A stretch of DNA of 64,000 bases from IMG/VR virus record IMGVR_UViG_3300009506_000002, positions 78,378-142,377 of that record; one strand, written 5' to 3'. The notes beneath the pieces were generated by a model. The model did no database searches and was not told the DNA's origin. It saw nothing but the letters and a program-made list of their open reading frames with translations. The stretch is from a virus. Each line of letters starts with the position of its first letter. Positions within the stretch are counted from its first letter, which is position 1. Made by a program: the position numbers and the translations under genes. Below are positions 18,474 through 29,038 of this stretch, in pieces.

Positions 18474-18909
18474 GTTTTTTCTGGGCGCGCTTCTGCGCAT
18501 TGCGGCGCTGCGTCCTACTTGACTGATCGAGTCGAGCTTGCAGATTGACGAGTTGCTTCTGGAGATCCTGCACATACTCCCAGACTGTTTGACCAGTGTT
18601 TGGGATGACTTGCTCGGCTCTGTCATCAAAGCAGGTGACCATCTGGTAGTCTTTGCAGCAGACGACCTTTGGTCTGCCTATCCCGTGGCTTTCACACCAA
18701 TCCTGGATGGCTTTGGTTGCTGCATCTTTCTGCTCTGGCACAGATACGCGCGCAGTAAAGATGCGGATTTCATATCCTTGTTCGATGATAGACTTGGCCT
18801 TGTTAATCATGGCATCAACGGGTTCACCGATGTGGTCAGGTGATACCCAACCATCATATCGGGCAAGCGTGCCGTCAAGGTCAAATCCGTACCAGGGTGT
18901 TCTAGTCAC
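18448..18909 (-). CDS. HAD-superfamily phosphatase (PNK 3'-phosphatase-like)
   Basis: FDLDGTL, IFTAR, K, FDDRA. Confidence 0.85.
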   Translation of the reverse strand: MTRTPWYGFDLDGTLARYDGWVSPDHIGEPVDAMINKAKSIIEQGYEIRIFTARVSVPEQKDAATKAIQDWCESHGIGRPKVVCCKDYQMVTCFDDRAEQVIPNTGQTVWEYVQDLQKQLVNLQARLDQSSRTQRRNAQKRAQKKLDKTKKGK

Positions 18910-19339
18910 GGTTATCTTCCCTCTCGAGAATTCTTTTTATTTCCTCAAAGGTCAACTCGTCCCACGTTACGTGAAACCGATTGTCCTCGCACTTCACGCG
19001 CGCGCATGAGACCAAGGATGAAGGTGCATTTTGATTTGTCGATGTAAGGCACTTCGGCACGACCGCCGTTGCCATACTCAAGAATCAGTGGATTTGGTGT
19101 TATCATGTGGATTGAATCGTCCCGTCATCCAAGTCTCATCCATGTGTCCGTTGTCAATGTTGCGCTTGCGCTGATGACGGATAGACATTTTCAGGTTGAA
19201 ATTCGGATACCAGATTTTGTGAAAGATATCGAAGGTGCCGAGCGGTACTTTGCTTAGGTCAAATTTACTCACCCCAGAGCTCCCATTCAATTTCAGCAAC
19301 GGTGACCCGTGATCAAACGCAATATCTGCAAGCGTCTGA

Positions 19340-19774
19340 TCAGCGGCAGCAGCAATCTTTGCATCCAGAGATTTCATGATCAGCCGGGAGGACACCGTAT
19401 GCAAGCTGCCCGAAGCGGTGGTCGTCATCCATGTCGGCCTTCTTTAGGGTCTCCGAGCCATCAATGCAGCGCACGCGCACATCGTCAGCAAGGAACGGGA
19501 ACAGCCACAACGGAATGAGGCGCATCGGGTCATCTTCTGACCAACGACCAAAGCGCAGTGTATCCATCTGCTCGCTGGTCAATTCAGAAGGCTGAATCTG
19601 GTAGTAGTCAGGAGAGTTCTTCTTCTGCTTCTCTACAAACGCCGTCATCTGCTCAAAGCAGAATTCGGGACTCCATGATCCCTTGCCACCATACACGATG
19701 ACCTCAGCCGCACGGTTCATGATAAACTGGCGGATGTTCATACATTTTTCAAAGGTTGAGTTTGATTCACTCAT
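19340..19774 (-). CDS. Hypothetical protein
   Basis: AGGAG RBS; LIPLWLFPFL...DDDHRFGQLAYG. Confidence 0.7.
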   Translation of the reverse strand: MSESNSTFEKCMNIRQFIMNRAAEVIVYGGKGSWSPEFCFEQMTAFVEKQKKNSPDYYQIQPSELTSEQMDTLRFGRWSEDDPMRLIPLWLFPFLADDVRVRCIDGSETLKKADMDDDHRFGQLAYGVLPADHEISGCKDCCCR

Positions 19775-19878
19775 TATCTACTCCTAATATTCGATCTTGC
19801 CGCGCATGATGGCAACCAGACGTGATAGCTCCTGCATTGATGCACAGAATCTGTCCCATAATTCACAGATGAGTTCTG

Positions 19879-21210
19879 TCATGAGTGAGTAAACTTCTCA
19901 ATGATTTCGAGGATTGTTTCAGCTTCATCCTTATCCTCACGGATCTCTACGAAACGTGGTAGGAACAAAGCCTTGGTCTTGCGTCCTTCTGCATCGATCA
20001 CGTCATTCGCTTTGACTGTCACCACTTTGCCAATGATGTCGTCGCCCCAGAATTCGACGCGCTGCTTGTCGGAGAGACCGGAGCCCACGTTGACCCTCAA
20101 CAGTCCATCGCTCGATTCGCAGACCAAGGCTCCCAGTTTTCCCTGGTTCTTACCAGATCCTTCTTCGCGGTCTACAACGAGCAGCTCGACTTCGTTTTCG
20201 ACCTTCATCTTGACCTGCTGCTTGCTGCGAGCATTCTCCCAAGGTGACTTGAGGTTCTTGATGACAGCGCCTTCCTTGCCCTGCTTGAGCATACCGGTGT
20301 AGAAGCGAGCAGCCTCTTTGTAGCCAGAGACGCGCTCGGTTTCAGGCCAGCCGATCATCTCACGAGTGCCAGTATCACGGATGCGTTCCTGCAGGTAGTC
20401 GAATCTCTCGACGTATGGTGTTGCGTAGAAGCCTGTCTTCCATGCTGACACCGGGATGATGTCCCATGCAATGACGCGCACACGACTCGCCTCTTCTGGC
20501 GAGATGGTGCCTTTGTTGGCCTTGTTCAGAATGCCATTTCCTGCTTTGCGCGGAAGGATCTTGCCCGCTTTGTCAACAACGAGCAGCTCGCCATCGATGA
20601 CGACTTCCTGACCACCTGCAATGGCAAACAGTTCCTTCTCAAGCGCTCCGAGCAGCTCGAGTGGCTTGCCATTACGTGAGAACACGTCGATGCGCTTCTT
20701 GCGCACAACGAAGTTTACTCGCATGCCGTCACACTTCTCCTGAATGATGGCAGGATAGTTGATGGCCTGGAGGTTCTTCTCAGAGTAGGACTGGCAAAGC
20801 ATGACAAGGAACTCCGGAAGGAAGTCGTCGCCCCATGCTTTGTTACAGGTTGAAGCGGCTACGCCACAACGCATGTCCTTAAGGACAACGCGCTTGAGGG
20901 TTTCGCGCTCTTCAGGCAGAAGCCCTTCAAGCAAACGCTGAAGGTGTGCCTGCGCCGCGTTGCCAGTGACAACACGCTCGGACAGCTTTGACAGCTCTTT
21001 GAGGGCGGTGTTGAAAGTAATGGTGCCCTTCGCATTCTTTGCGATCTCAGGTACCTTTTTGGTATAGAACTGGAGCTGGTTGTCCAGTGCCATCTTGAAA
21101 ACAAGCTGGAGCAGTGTGTTGCGTCCCTCTCGCTGCAGAATGGCTACTTTGTCATTCTTGCTGGAGGTTGCTGCCAGCTCGTCGATAATTTCATGTACGT
21201 TGCGTTTCAT
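19879..21210 (-). CDS. 30: ATP-dependent DNA ligase
   Basis: EKCDGMR, SRNGK, IDGEL, EGAVIK, VGSG, LFLPRF. Confidence 0.96.
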   Translation of the reverse strand: MKRNVHEIIDELAATSSKNDKVAILQREGRNTLLQLVFKMALDNQLQFYTKKVPEIAKNAKGTITFNTALKELSKLSERVVTGNAAQAHLQRLLEGLLPEERETLKRVVLKDMRCGVAASTCNKAWGDDFLPEFLVMLCQSYSEKNLQAINYPAIIQEKCDGMRVNFVVRKKRIDVFSRNGKPLELLGALEKELFAIAGGQEVVIDGELLVVDKAGKILPRKAGNGILNKANKGTISPEEASRVRVIAWDIIPVSAWKTGFYATPYVERFDYLQERIRDTGTREMIGWPETERVSGYKEAARFYTGMLKQGKEGAVIKNLKSPWENARSKQQVKMKVENEVELLVVDREEGSGKNQGKLGALVCESSDGLLRVNVGSGLSDKQRVEFWGDDIIGKVVTVKANDVIDAEGRKTKALFLPRFVEIREDKDEAETILEIIEKFTHS

Positions 21211-21229
21211 ATATCTCCTCTGTGACGCA

Positions 21230-21258
21230 AGTCTAACTTATTTTTGGCCGTTTGTCAA
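21230..21258 (-). promoter_or_regulatory. sigma70-type early promoter
   Basis: TTGACA-N17-TAGACT. Confidence 0.8.
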
Positions 21259-21262
21259 GAGC

Positions 21263-22120
21263 CTAGAATTCGTGAAGGTACTCTGACAGATGACGCAGCC
21301 GGTGCTTCATGAAATAGGCCATGATCTTGGCACGCGGAGCAACTTCTGCCTCGTCAAACTCGGTGGCGATAGCCTGCTTGATCTCTGACGGAGTACAGGT
21401 AAGGTCAACGAGTTGCTTGTTGAGGTTGTAGCGCTCAATGGTGCATCCTGCATCCTTGCAGATGTCCTCTGGCTTCATGCCAAGCCAACGCTCGAGCTTC
21501 TTCGATAATACGCTCTTCTGCTTCTTGTCAGCCACCATGAAGGTGTCCTCGTCAGACAGAATGTTTGGCACGCCATCGCCAGCATCTCCTCTGATTGTGT
21601 GCTCTTTCAGGTAAAGCATTGGGTCAGCACATTTCAGAAGCTTCTTGGTTTTTGGTGAGAACTGCATGACGCCGGGATAGCGCTGCAATTGCTGAAAGTC
21701 TTTGTCCGCGCTGACGATCATGATCGGCTCGTGTGCAGCGTACTTGGCAGCAAGGAATCCGATAACGTCATCAGCTTCCGCGCCCTTGACTTCAATCACC
21801 TTGTAAGGGAAGTTCTCGCGCAGATCGTCCTTGATCTGGTTGATCCATCCGTAGATCATATCCCAATCGAGCGCTGACTTTTCACGTCCCTCTTTGCGCT
21901 TGCCCTTGTAGTGTTTGAAGATGTTCTTGCGCCAGTAACCGCGACCGTCACAGCAGAGAACCACCTCACCATATTCGTCCTTGAACTTGGTGCGGTAGCC
22001 ACGGATTGAATTGAGAACCATGTGGCGGAAGAAGTCCTCTGTGAACTCTCCTCGGCGCATGTGGTTTACATCTGCGTGGATGTTTGAGATTACGATCTGT
22101 GAAAAGTCAATTAGAATCAA
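21263..22120 (-). CDS. rnh: T4 RNase H (5'-3' exonuclease, FEN family)
   Basis: LIDFSQI, YWRK, EADDVIG, SADKDFQQL, GDAGDGVPN. Confidence 0.95.
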   Translation of the reverse strand: MILIDFSQIVISNIHADVNHMRRGEFTEDFFRHMVLNSIRGYRTKFKDEYGEVVLCCDGRGYWRKNIFKHYKGKRKEGREKSALDWDMIYGWINQIKDDLRENFPYKVIEVKGAEADDVIGFLAAKYAAHEPIMIVSADKDFQQLQRYPGVMQFSPKTKKLLKCADPMLYLKEHTIRGDAGDGVPNILSDEDTFMVADKKQKSVLSKKLERWLGMKPEDICKDAGCTIERYNLNKQLVDLTCTPSEIKQAIATEFDEAEVAPRAKIMAYFMKHRLRHLSEYLHEF

Positions 22121-22521
22121 ATTCTTGCTCCTTCAATTTCAGGCATGCCGGCATCCGTTGCCATTTCGTGGGTGACGAAGTTGAATTGCTCTTCTTCGCA
22201 GAGTTGATCATTCAGCATTTCCTGCCTCATGACTTCATCGAGCTCTTCAGGAGTCATGACTTTTATCTCGCCAGCTTTGACCAGCTCCACAAAGTCGTTC
22301 CATGTGATATACTTATCGTTGTGGTAGGTCATCAGGTTCTTGACCCAAGGCGCTACGTCCTCACCGCACGTTTCATAGGTGAAGATGAACATACCGAGAT
22401 CATCAGCACCAACGCGCAGGCAGGTTTCACAGTAGGCGAAGCTGATAGCGCCCAGAATGCTTGACGCTACTCCGAGTGCTTTGTTCTTCTTGCATACTTG
22501 GCAGGTTAGTTCTTCACTCAT
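22117..22521 (-). CDS. Hypothetical zinc-finger protein
   Basis: CQVC...SSILGAISFAYCETC; paralogue at 55971. Confidence 0.7.
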   Translation of the reverse strand: MSEELTCQVCKKNKALGVASSILGAISFAYCETCLRVGADDLGMFIFTYETCGEDVAPWVKNLMTYHNDKYITWNDFVELVKAGEIKVMTPEELDEVMRQEMLNDQLCEEEQFNFVTHEMATDAGMPEIEGARI

Positions 22522-22709
22522 GCGATGTACGGCCCTCCGGTTTTTCTTGTTTTGAAGAAGTGGTCTCTAAGTGCTTCCACATTTTTCAGAATTTGCTTTG
22601 CCAACAGTTCTGCCGCATCAGGATCGAGCGTGGCGGTGATAGACGCAATACCAGATTGTGCTCGTACGAATATCTGTTCCTTTTCGAGGTCGATGCCTGA
22701 TTCAATCAT
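22518..22709 (-). CDS. Hypothetical protein
   Basis: Coupled overlaps on both sides. Confidence 0.55.
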   Translation of the reverse strand: MIESGIDLEKEQIFVRAQSGIASITATLDPDAAELLAKQILKNVEALRDHFFKTRKTGGPYIA

Positions 22710-23197
22710 ACTTCCACCTGTACGTGATCAGCTTCCCACGGATAGACAACCCATGGGTCATCTTTGGTGAGGTGAACAGCATAAAAGTCGGGCTCGTAGC
22801 TTGATCCGTTACGATAATGGAGAGCAGCAGTGTAGACGCTTTCTACTTGGTGCGTGAGGTGCCCTACAGCAGCCCTGAGCGTGCTTCCAGTGTCGGAAAT
22901 GTCATCAACTATCAAAACGCGCGAATTGATGTCTATGCTCGAATGCTTGTCATCAATCCAATTCATGTAGGATTCATGATGCCCGTATGCGATGTCTCTC
23001 GCGCTTGGTGTGCGCACTTGCGCCACTGCCAACGGGAGATGCAGGAAGTGAGAAATGTAGACAGCAGGAACAAGCCCGCCGCGTGAAATACCCATGATAT
23101 GGGTGAATGGGATATTTGAGTCATCAATCTGCTTGAGGAGATTCTCCATCTCCACAGAGTTGATTTCAACTTTCGGGCCGCCTTCAAACGTCGTCAT
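22706..23197 (-). CDS. Type I phosphoribosyltransferase (Gpt-like), second copy
   Basis: GISRGGLVPA, IVDDISDTGSTL, WVVYPWE. Confidence 0.88.
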   Translation of the reverse strand: MTTFEGGPKVEINSVEMENLLKQIDDSNIPFTHIMGISRGGLVPAVYISHFLHLPLAVAQVRTPSARDIAYGHHESYMNWIDDKHSSIDINSRVLIVDDISDTGSTLRAAVGHLTHQVESVYTAALHYRNGSSYEPDFYAVHLTKDDPWVVYPWEADHVQVEV

Positions 23198-23199
23198 GT

Positions 23200-23610
23200 T
23201 TATACTCCTGAATCTTCCAGAGGAACGTATTTGATGCCATAGTTCTGGCCTTTCTTCACAAAGGTAAAGTGGCCTTTCAGCATAAGAGGACCTTGGCTGG
23301 TAACTGCAGACTCACCGAGGTAGTTCTGCAGGATGCCTGTCATATCCGACATGAACATCTGTACCTGTGCGTTGAACTTGTTTGAATGGAAATAGAACAC
23401 AGCAGATGAGCGACCGCGACCATAGCCCTTGAATGTCAGCACATCTGAGAACACGGTGTTCTTGAAGATGACAACTTCACGCTCTCTGGGCGCGCTCCAC
23501 CAGTAGGTATTCCAGTAGTCTTGGAACTGGCCGTCAAGGAAAACCACGTTGCCAATGCCGCCCTTCCAGGTCATATCAATGGCTTTGATTTGTTCAGGCG
23601 TCATTTTCAT
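23200..23610 (-). CDS. Hypothetical protein
   Basis: GYGRGRSSA...FTFVKKGQNYGI. Confidence 0.7.
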   Translation of the reverse strand: MKMTPEQIKAIDMTWKGGIGNVVFLDGQFQDYWNTYWWSAPREREVVIFKNTVFSDVLTFKGYGRGRSSAVFYFHSNKFNAQVQMFMSDMTGILQNYLGESAVTSQGPLMLKGHFTFVKKGQNYGIKYVPLEDSGV

Positions 23611-24917
23611 AGATCAGCGAGTTCCTCTGTATATTGTTTTCTGTGGTTGATATTCTGCCACATTTCGATCGCCTTGTCAAGCTCGTAGATTTCAGCCTTC
23701 AGCTTGGCAGAATACTCCTGCGTGACGTTGTAGATCGGCATCTCGAGCAATGAGTTCTGATGCTCACGGCTGAACTTCAAACGACGCATGTCTGCCTGAA
23801 TGTCAGCCTTGTTCTTGCGTCCTTGCAAGTCAAGCTCGCCATCAAGAACAGCCTCAACGAAGCGGCGCTTCTCTGACAGGTTGTGCATCTTGTCCTTGTC
23901 ACGCTTTGTCCATGACTTGTAGCGGACATTGTACATGCTCAGACGATAGTCACAGAACTGCGCAATCAGGTCGCCTACGTTGTCAAACGTCTTCAGCTTT
24001 CCTGTCTCGTCAATCAGTGTGAGGTTCTCGGTACGGCGTTTGACCAGCTTCAACTTCTTCAGCAGTTCTGCCTCATCGCTATCTTTCAGCTTGCGCGGCA
24101 GTGTGACTTCGAAGTGGAAGCCATCCTTTGAGCATTTGTCGATGTAGTTGACCAGCGTACCCGCATCTACCATCTTGTCCAGCTCTTTGATGTAGCCTGC
24201 GCGGTCATAGCCAATTGGCAGCTCTACAATGCTGGCCTTAGTCGGGCTCTTGCGCGTGACTTTGCCATAGATGACCCAGCTATCTCCATCAGCCACAACC
24301 TTGCCCTTGAAGTCAGGGAACGTAGGCTTGATTGACTTAGGTTTCTTGCCAGATACCAGATAGCGGCAGCAGTGATCAGCCACATCTGATGGGTCACGCG
24401 GCAGAATGTCAGTTGCAAAGCCTGTCGCAATGCCCTTTGCACCGTTGACCAGTACCCACGGAATGAGCGGCAGATAGAACAGCGGCTCAGGGTTCTCTGG
24501 GTCTGGGTGTGACGGTAGGATGTCCTGATCAGGGAAGAACTTCTCAAAGTTCTTGCTCAGGGAGATGTCCGTGTATCGTGGTGATGCAGCAGACGTGACC
24601 ATGCGGGTACCGAAAGTACCGTCACCCTCGAGCAATGGGATGTTATTGTCAAACGTGCGCGCGAGGCGGATGATCGTGTCGACCATCGAGCTATCGCCGT
24701 GGTGATACTTGGCAATCGGGAAGGTGTAACCCATCAGCGCCAGCGTCTTGATGAACTTGTTCTTGGCTTCCTTCGTAGCAGTGAAGATGGCCTTACGCTG
24801 GCCTGGCTTCAATCCGTCAATCAGTGAAGGGATGGCTCGATTGTAGATTGTGTAGAGCGCATAGTCGCGTAGGTCGGTGTTAGTATGTTGGGAAACTGTG
24901 ATTGTTCCTTTTTTCAC
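23607..24917 (-). CDS. 52: DNA topoisomerase II medium subunit gp52
   Basis: RAIPSLIDGLKPGQRK, YHHGD, AASPRY active Tyr. Confidence 0.95.
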   Translation of the reverse strand: MKKGTITVSQHTNTDLRDYALYTIYNRAIPSLIDGLKPGQRKAIFTATKEAKNKFIKTLALMGYTFPIAKYHHGDSSMVDTIIRLARTFDNNIPLLEGDGTFGTRMVTSAASPRYTDISLSKNFEKFFPDQDILPSHPDPENPEPLFYLPLIPWVLVNGAKGIATGFATDILPRDPSDVADHCCRYLVSGKKPKSIKPTFPDFKGKVVADGDSWVIYGKVTRKSPTKASIVELPIGYDRAGYIKELDKMVDAGTLVNYIDKCSKDGFHFEVTLPRKLKDSDEAELLKKLKLVKRRTENLTLIDETGKLKTFDNVGDLIAQFCDYRLSMYNVRYKSWTKRDKDKMHNLSEKRRFVEAVLDGELDLQGRKNKADIQADMRRLKFSREHQNSLLEMPIYNVTQEYSAKLKAEIYELDKAIEMWQNINHRKQYTEELADL

Positions 24918-25027
24918 TTAATCTCCTATTGCAGATGTCAGCGCAAGGCTAACACAGATACAGATAATTGTCAAGATAATGTAGAATCGAGTCTGTGCGC
25001 GCCTGCGCACGCGATCAAGAAACATAC

Positions 25028-26860
25028 TCATGACAGCCACTTCTTACGCTTTGAGACATCGTCACCAAAGGCCATCTCGAGTGCTGCCTGACCATGATCA
25101 TCCATAATAACCGTGTCGATAACAGGGTCATTGATCATCTGGTCGTAGACGTCATCTTTCAGTGAGCCGAGACCCTTGGCATACGTGAAGCGCCAAGAAG
25201 AATATTGGTCAGAGACCTTGTTCCACTCCTCAAGTGAGTAGAAGCCCTTAACGTCCTTGCCCTTGCGTACCACGATGATCGGGCTGCGCAAGATTTCAAT
25301 ACGCTTCTCCTCGAACAACTCAGGCCACATTGAGAACAGGTTCAGCAGTAGACCCTGAATGTTCGCGCCGTCAGTATCCGCGTCGGTGGTGATACGGATT
25401 TTGCCGTAGTTGAGGTTTTTGGCTGGCTTGCCAAACTCAAGGCCAACAATCGCCATGATGTCAGATACGATGACGTTGTTCGCAACCTTACTTAGCTCGT
25501 CCTTGTTTCTCCAGTTGAGGGGCTTACCAGTGAGCGGATAGGCACCGTGGAAGTTGTTGTCACGGACATTGATGAAGTTATTGATCGCTGAATCTCCCTC
25601 CATCAGATGCAGGATGCACTTGTCACGCGCGCGGCTATTGGCCTTGATCTCGTCAGCAACCTTCTTGTTCTTGTTCGCTTTCTGTGCAGCGCGAACCTTC
25701 GCCAATTCAGCCTGTCGCTGCTTGGCTTCAACCCAGTCGACCACTGACTGCACGACCCCACTCTTCAGAACGCCAGCAACCATCTTGTCGCTGACTGTGA
25801 AGCAGGTACCGTAGTCACGGACTTCTGTGATCAGGTTGTCCTTGGTCTGTGAGTCATAACGCGGGTTCATGATTCGCGCATTGATGAAGAGCATCATGTG
25901 ACTACGGATGACCGCTGGCTTCACGTCGATCTTGTTCTTCTTCTTGATGTGCGCCCTGATCTTGTCAATAAGCTGCCACGCGATGTAGTCGATGTGTGAA
26001 CCACCAACCGATGTCTGATTACTGTTCACGAAGGATACGTGCTGGAAGCCGTCATCTGATGCAGCAACAGCAATCTTCCAGTCCTCATTTTCATCGTACA
26101 CGAACTCCTCGCAGTACATTTCGATGTACCTCTTGAAGTTGGCAAAGCGGACACGGCATCCGTTCAGGTAGATTTTCAGGTGAGGGTTACATGCTGCCAC
26201 GTCGGTGACGCGCTTTGTCAGCATCTCGATATCACCTGGAGTAAACTTAGTACGACCGAAACGCTTGTAGTCAGGCAACCAAGATACCTCGGTGAAGTTC
26301 TGGTGTGACTTTTTGGTCTTGCCGCCAGAGGTCTCGCCCATATTGTCAGACCATGTCTGTGTGAACTGCATCTTGCCGTCAGCCGTGGTGACTGTGAACT
26401 CCTTAGAGAAGATGTTCGTCAGTGATGCACCCTCACCGTTCTGTCCGGTGAGGTCATTGGTATCCTCGTCGTCGAAGTTCGACCCAGCCTTCAGCTCTGA
26501 GAAGATCATCTCAGGAATCCATTGCTGGTGCTCTTTGTGAACAGCAACCGGGATGCCGCCATTGTCGAACACGGTGATCTGTCCTGTTTGGTGATCAAAG
26601 TTGACCTTGATTGTATCCAGATGCTGTCCCTCAGGACGTTTGGAATGGTCAACAGAGTTGTCGAGAATCTCCTCAAACATCTTGAGTAGTGCAGGGTTCC
26701 AGGTTACTTCCTTTTTGACCATCTGCATCTTGTGATCATGTACGATACACCAGGTGATTGCAGTGTGGTCAACAATGGAACCAAGGTAGCGTCCAGGGCG
26801 CTTAAGGACGTGCTCGACGTCCGAAAGCTTCTGATACTTTTCCTCAAGTGCAACTGTCAT
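25028..26860 (-). CDS. 39: DNA topoisomerase II large subunit (gp39+60 fused)
   Basis: EHVLKRPG, EILDNSVD, GQNGEGA, EGDSA, DADTDG, KGLGSL. Confidence 0.95.
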   Translation of the reverse strand: MTVALEEKYQKLSDVEHVLKRPGRYLGSIVDHTAITWCIVHDHKMQMVKKEVTWNPALLKMFEEILDNSVDHSKRPEGQHLDTIKVNFDHQTGQITVFDNGGIPVAVHKEHQQWIPEMIFSELKAGSNFDDEDTNDLTGQNGEGASLTNIFSKEFTVTTADGKMQFTQTWSDNMGETSGGKTKKSHQNFTEVSWLPDYKRFGRTKFTPGDIEMLTKRVTDVAACNPHLKIYLNGCRVRFANFKRYIEMYCEEFVYDENEDWKIAVAASDDGFQHVSFVNSNQTSVGGSHIDYIAWQLIDKIRAHIKKKNKIDVKPAVIRSHMMLFINARIMNPRYDSQTKDNLITEVRDYGTCFTVSDKMVAGVLKSGVVQSVVDWVEAKQRQAELAKVRAAQKANKNKKVADEIKANSRARDKCILHLMEGDSAINNFINVRDNNFHGAYPLTGKPLNWRNKDELSKVANNVIVSDIMAIVGLEFGKPAKNLNYGKIRITTDADTDGANIQGLLLNLFSMWPELFEEKRIEILRSPIIVVRKGKDVKGFYSLEEWNKVSDQYSSWRFTYAKGLGSLKDDVYDQMINDPVIDTVIMDDHGQAALEMAFGDDVSKRKKWLS

Positions 26861-26862
26861 GC

Positions 26863-27504
26863 TTACCTCGTAATTACGTTATAGAGATTGTCGTGGCGAT
26901 AGACGCGCTTACCAAACCCGTTGATCTGCAGAGCAACGCTCTCCTCAACCAGTATTGAGCGAGGCTTCTCGGAGACCGGACGCTCATACTCATCTGGTGC
27001 AGATGATCCGTATTGAGAATTCATCCTGCGCCAGTAGGATGCGATGTACTTGGCAGCGTCATCTTTCGTCTTATGTATGGAGATTCCATCAGGGCGAGTT
27101 CCCCAGCCACGCTCTGACTCTTCCCACGCAATGACAAAGACCTCTACCTTTGTCTTGGTGAACAGCTCAGGGAAGTCCTCTTGCAGCTTGGCGAGAGTGC
27201 GCTTTGCGTCTTCAGTCACTCGCTCTGTGCGCTTGCGCTCCTGCTCCTGCTCTCGTAGCGCTTCTGCGTTCTCCATCTCATAGAAGATCTGGTCAAGTGA
27301 CTTGGCAGGACGAACCTCTTGCAGCTCGTAGCCAACAATCTCACAGCCTTCATAGGCTTTGCGCGGGTTGCGTACCTGACCGAGGTGGCATTTTACGTGT
27401 GAAAGCTGCTTCCACATCTTGCCCTTTTTGGTGAAGTCGGGATCCATGTCACCTGTAGAGAACAGGCCATCAGTGTTTTTGATTTTGAAGATTGTGTCTG
27501 TCAT
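26863..27504 (-). CDS. Hypothetical two-domain protein
   Basis: GLFSTG..P.FTKKGKMW and WEESERGWGTRPDG modules. Confidence 0.7.
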   Translation of the reverse strand: MTDTIFKIKNTDGLFSTGDMDPDFTKKGKMWKQLSHVKCHLGQVRNPRKAYEGCEIVGYELQEVRPAKSLDQIFYEMENAEALREQEQERKRTERVTEDAKRTLAKLQEDFPELFTKTKVEVFVIAWEESERGWGTRPDGISIHKTKDDAAKYIASYWRRMNSQYGSSAPDEYERPVSEKPRSILVEESVALQINGFGKRVYRHDNLYNVITR

Positions 27505-27615
27505 AGCGAACCTCTCATGATGAAATATTGAAAAGGATGCGGCAGGACTGTGAAAGTCCCGCCGCGTAGTGTGCCGCTTTTGGAGGTGAGTGATGAGGAG
27601 AGCGGCACGTGTAAC

Positions 27616-27852
27616 TTACCCGATCTTGGTGACTCGACCTTCGTAGTCAGTGAAGCCGATATCGAACGGCACGTAAATCTTTGTACGCGCACCCTTAGGA
27701 TACAGGGTGTCTTCAGTCACCAGAATCATAAAACCATTTTCCAGCTTGTCGACGACCTCACCAACGACGTACTTGTCATCCCTACCCTCACATGGCATGA
27801 AATCAAGTGCCTTGATGCTATCGCCGATATTTGCAACTTTCTCGAAACTCAT
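27616..27852 (-). CDS. Hypothetical protein
   Basis: AGGAG RBS after promoter leader. Confidence 0.7.
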   Translation of the reverse strand: MSFEKVANIGDSIKALDFMPCEGRDDKYVVGEVVDKLENGFMILVTEDTLYPKGARTKIYVPFDIGFTDYEGRVTKIG

Positions 27853-27882
27853 AATTAACTCCTTTGCTCACTCAATAATGAA

Positions 27883-27911
27883 AGTCTACACGAAGCAGGA
27901 GGGGATGTCAA
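27883..27911 (-). promoter_or_regulatory. sigma70-type early promoter with conserved leader
   Basis: TTGACA-N17-TAGACT. Confidence 0.8.
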
Positions 27912-27920
27912 GAACTATTT

Positions 27921-29036
27921 CTAGCCCTCGACATTCACAACCATGTCTACTTCGTCAAGAGTAGGCCAGACGAATCCGCCCATCTTCTCAACCAGCAGGT
28001 GTGACAGGTCCTTACCTTCTTCAGCGCGACCACGGTTACGCTCGAAGATAGTTGGTGCGCCAGTGTGGAACACAGTAGCCACAACCTTGTAGCCCTTACG
28101 GCGTGCTGGGTTGATGAAAGCACGGCGGGCCTTCTTGCTCAGGTTCATCATGTCGATGATGACGCTCTTGCCAGTGTTCAGGGACAACTGGAACAGGTCA
28201 TTCATCATCTTGTTGATAACGTCCTGATCAACGGTCTTCCAGTTCTTGCCGTAGTCCTTGTAACCGCCAGCCTTACGAACCAGCTCGTCACGGGACAGAA
28301 CGATGTCACACTTCACGTTCAGGTCGTTGACCAAAACTTTCTCGCCTGGGTCTGCCAGACGGTTCTGAATGAAGGTTGACTTGCCACAACCCATCGGGCC
28401 AACCAACAGGATCAGCCAAGGCTCATCGTCACTAACTTCTGGCTCAGAGAGAGTCACGAAGTCCATGTAGCGGGTGTAGTCGCCCTTTGAGCCAGCGTGC
28501 TCGGCAGCGTAGATGCGGCCTTCAACGTCAGCAGCGGCAGTCTGTGCCAGCAGGTTGAGGAAGTCTGACTCGCCAGCGAATGCAGCAGCAACGCCAGCAT
28601 CCTTCTGCTCCTGAGTCTGGTTCCGGTTGCCCTGCCAGGTGTAGAGCGCCGAGTGCTGTGCGCACAGACGTGCAACAGTGAACATCTGATCCTGGGTAAG
28701 CAGGTCGCTGTACGCTTTGCGCAGAATCTCTACAGCGTAGTAGAAAGACACACCATCATGACCACGGAACGAAACGTAGTTTGTCTCAAGGTTAACCCGG
28801 CGAGTGAACGCTTTGCCTACGTCATGCAGCAGAGCGGCCAACTGTACTTCGATCGGAGAGCCATTGATGCGCGCCTGATTGACGACCATCATGGTATGCG
28901 TCCAGACGTCGCCTTCCGTGTGATACGGATTGGTGTCGAGGTCTGAGAAGTTATGGTCAGCATTCTTCATCGCCATTACGAGCTCTGGGAAGTTGCGCAT
29001 AAAGCGCGCGATCAAATCTTGTGTGTCTACAGTCAT
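27921..29036 (-). CDS. HD phosphohydrolase fused to P-loop polynucleotide-kinase domain
   Basis: YHTEGDVWTHT, LLHDVGK; GPMGCGKST, SRD, IIDMMN. Confidence 0.85.
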   Translation of the reverse strand: MTVDTQDLIARFMRNFPELVMAMKNADHNFSDLDTNPYHTEGDVWTHTMMVVNQARINGSPIEVQLAALLHDVGKAFTRRVNLETNYVSFRGHDGVSFYYAVEILRKAYSDLLTQDQMFTVARLCAQHSALYTWQGNRNQTQEQKDAGVAAAFAGESDFLNLLAQTAAADVEGRIYAAEHAGSKGDYTRYMDFVTLSEPEVSDDEPWLILLVGPMGCGKSTFIQNRLADPGEKVLVNDLNVKCDIVLSRDELVRKAGGYKDYGKNWKTVDQDVINKMMNDLFQLSLNTGKSVIIDMMNLSKKARRAFINPARRKGYKVVATVFHTGAPTIFERNRGRAEEGKDLSHLLVEKMGGFVWPTLDEVDMVVNVEG

Positions 29037-29038
29037 TC

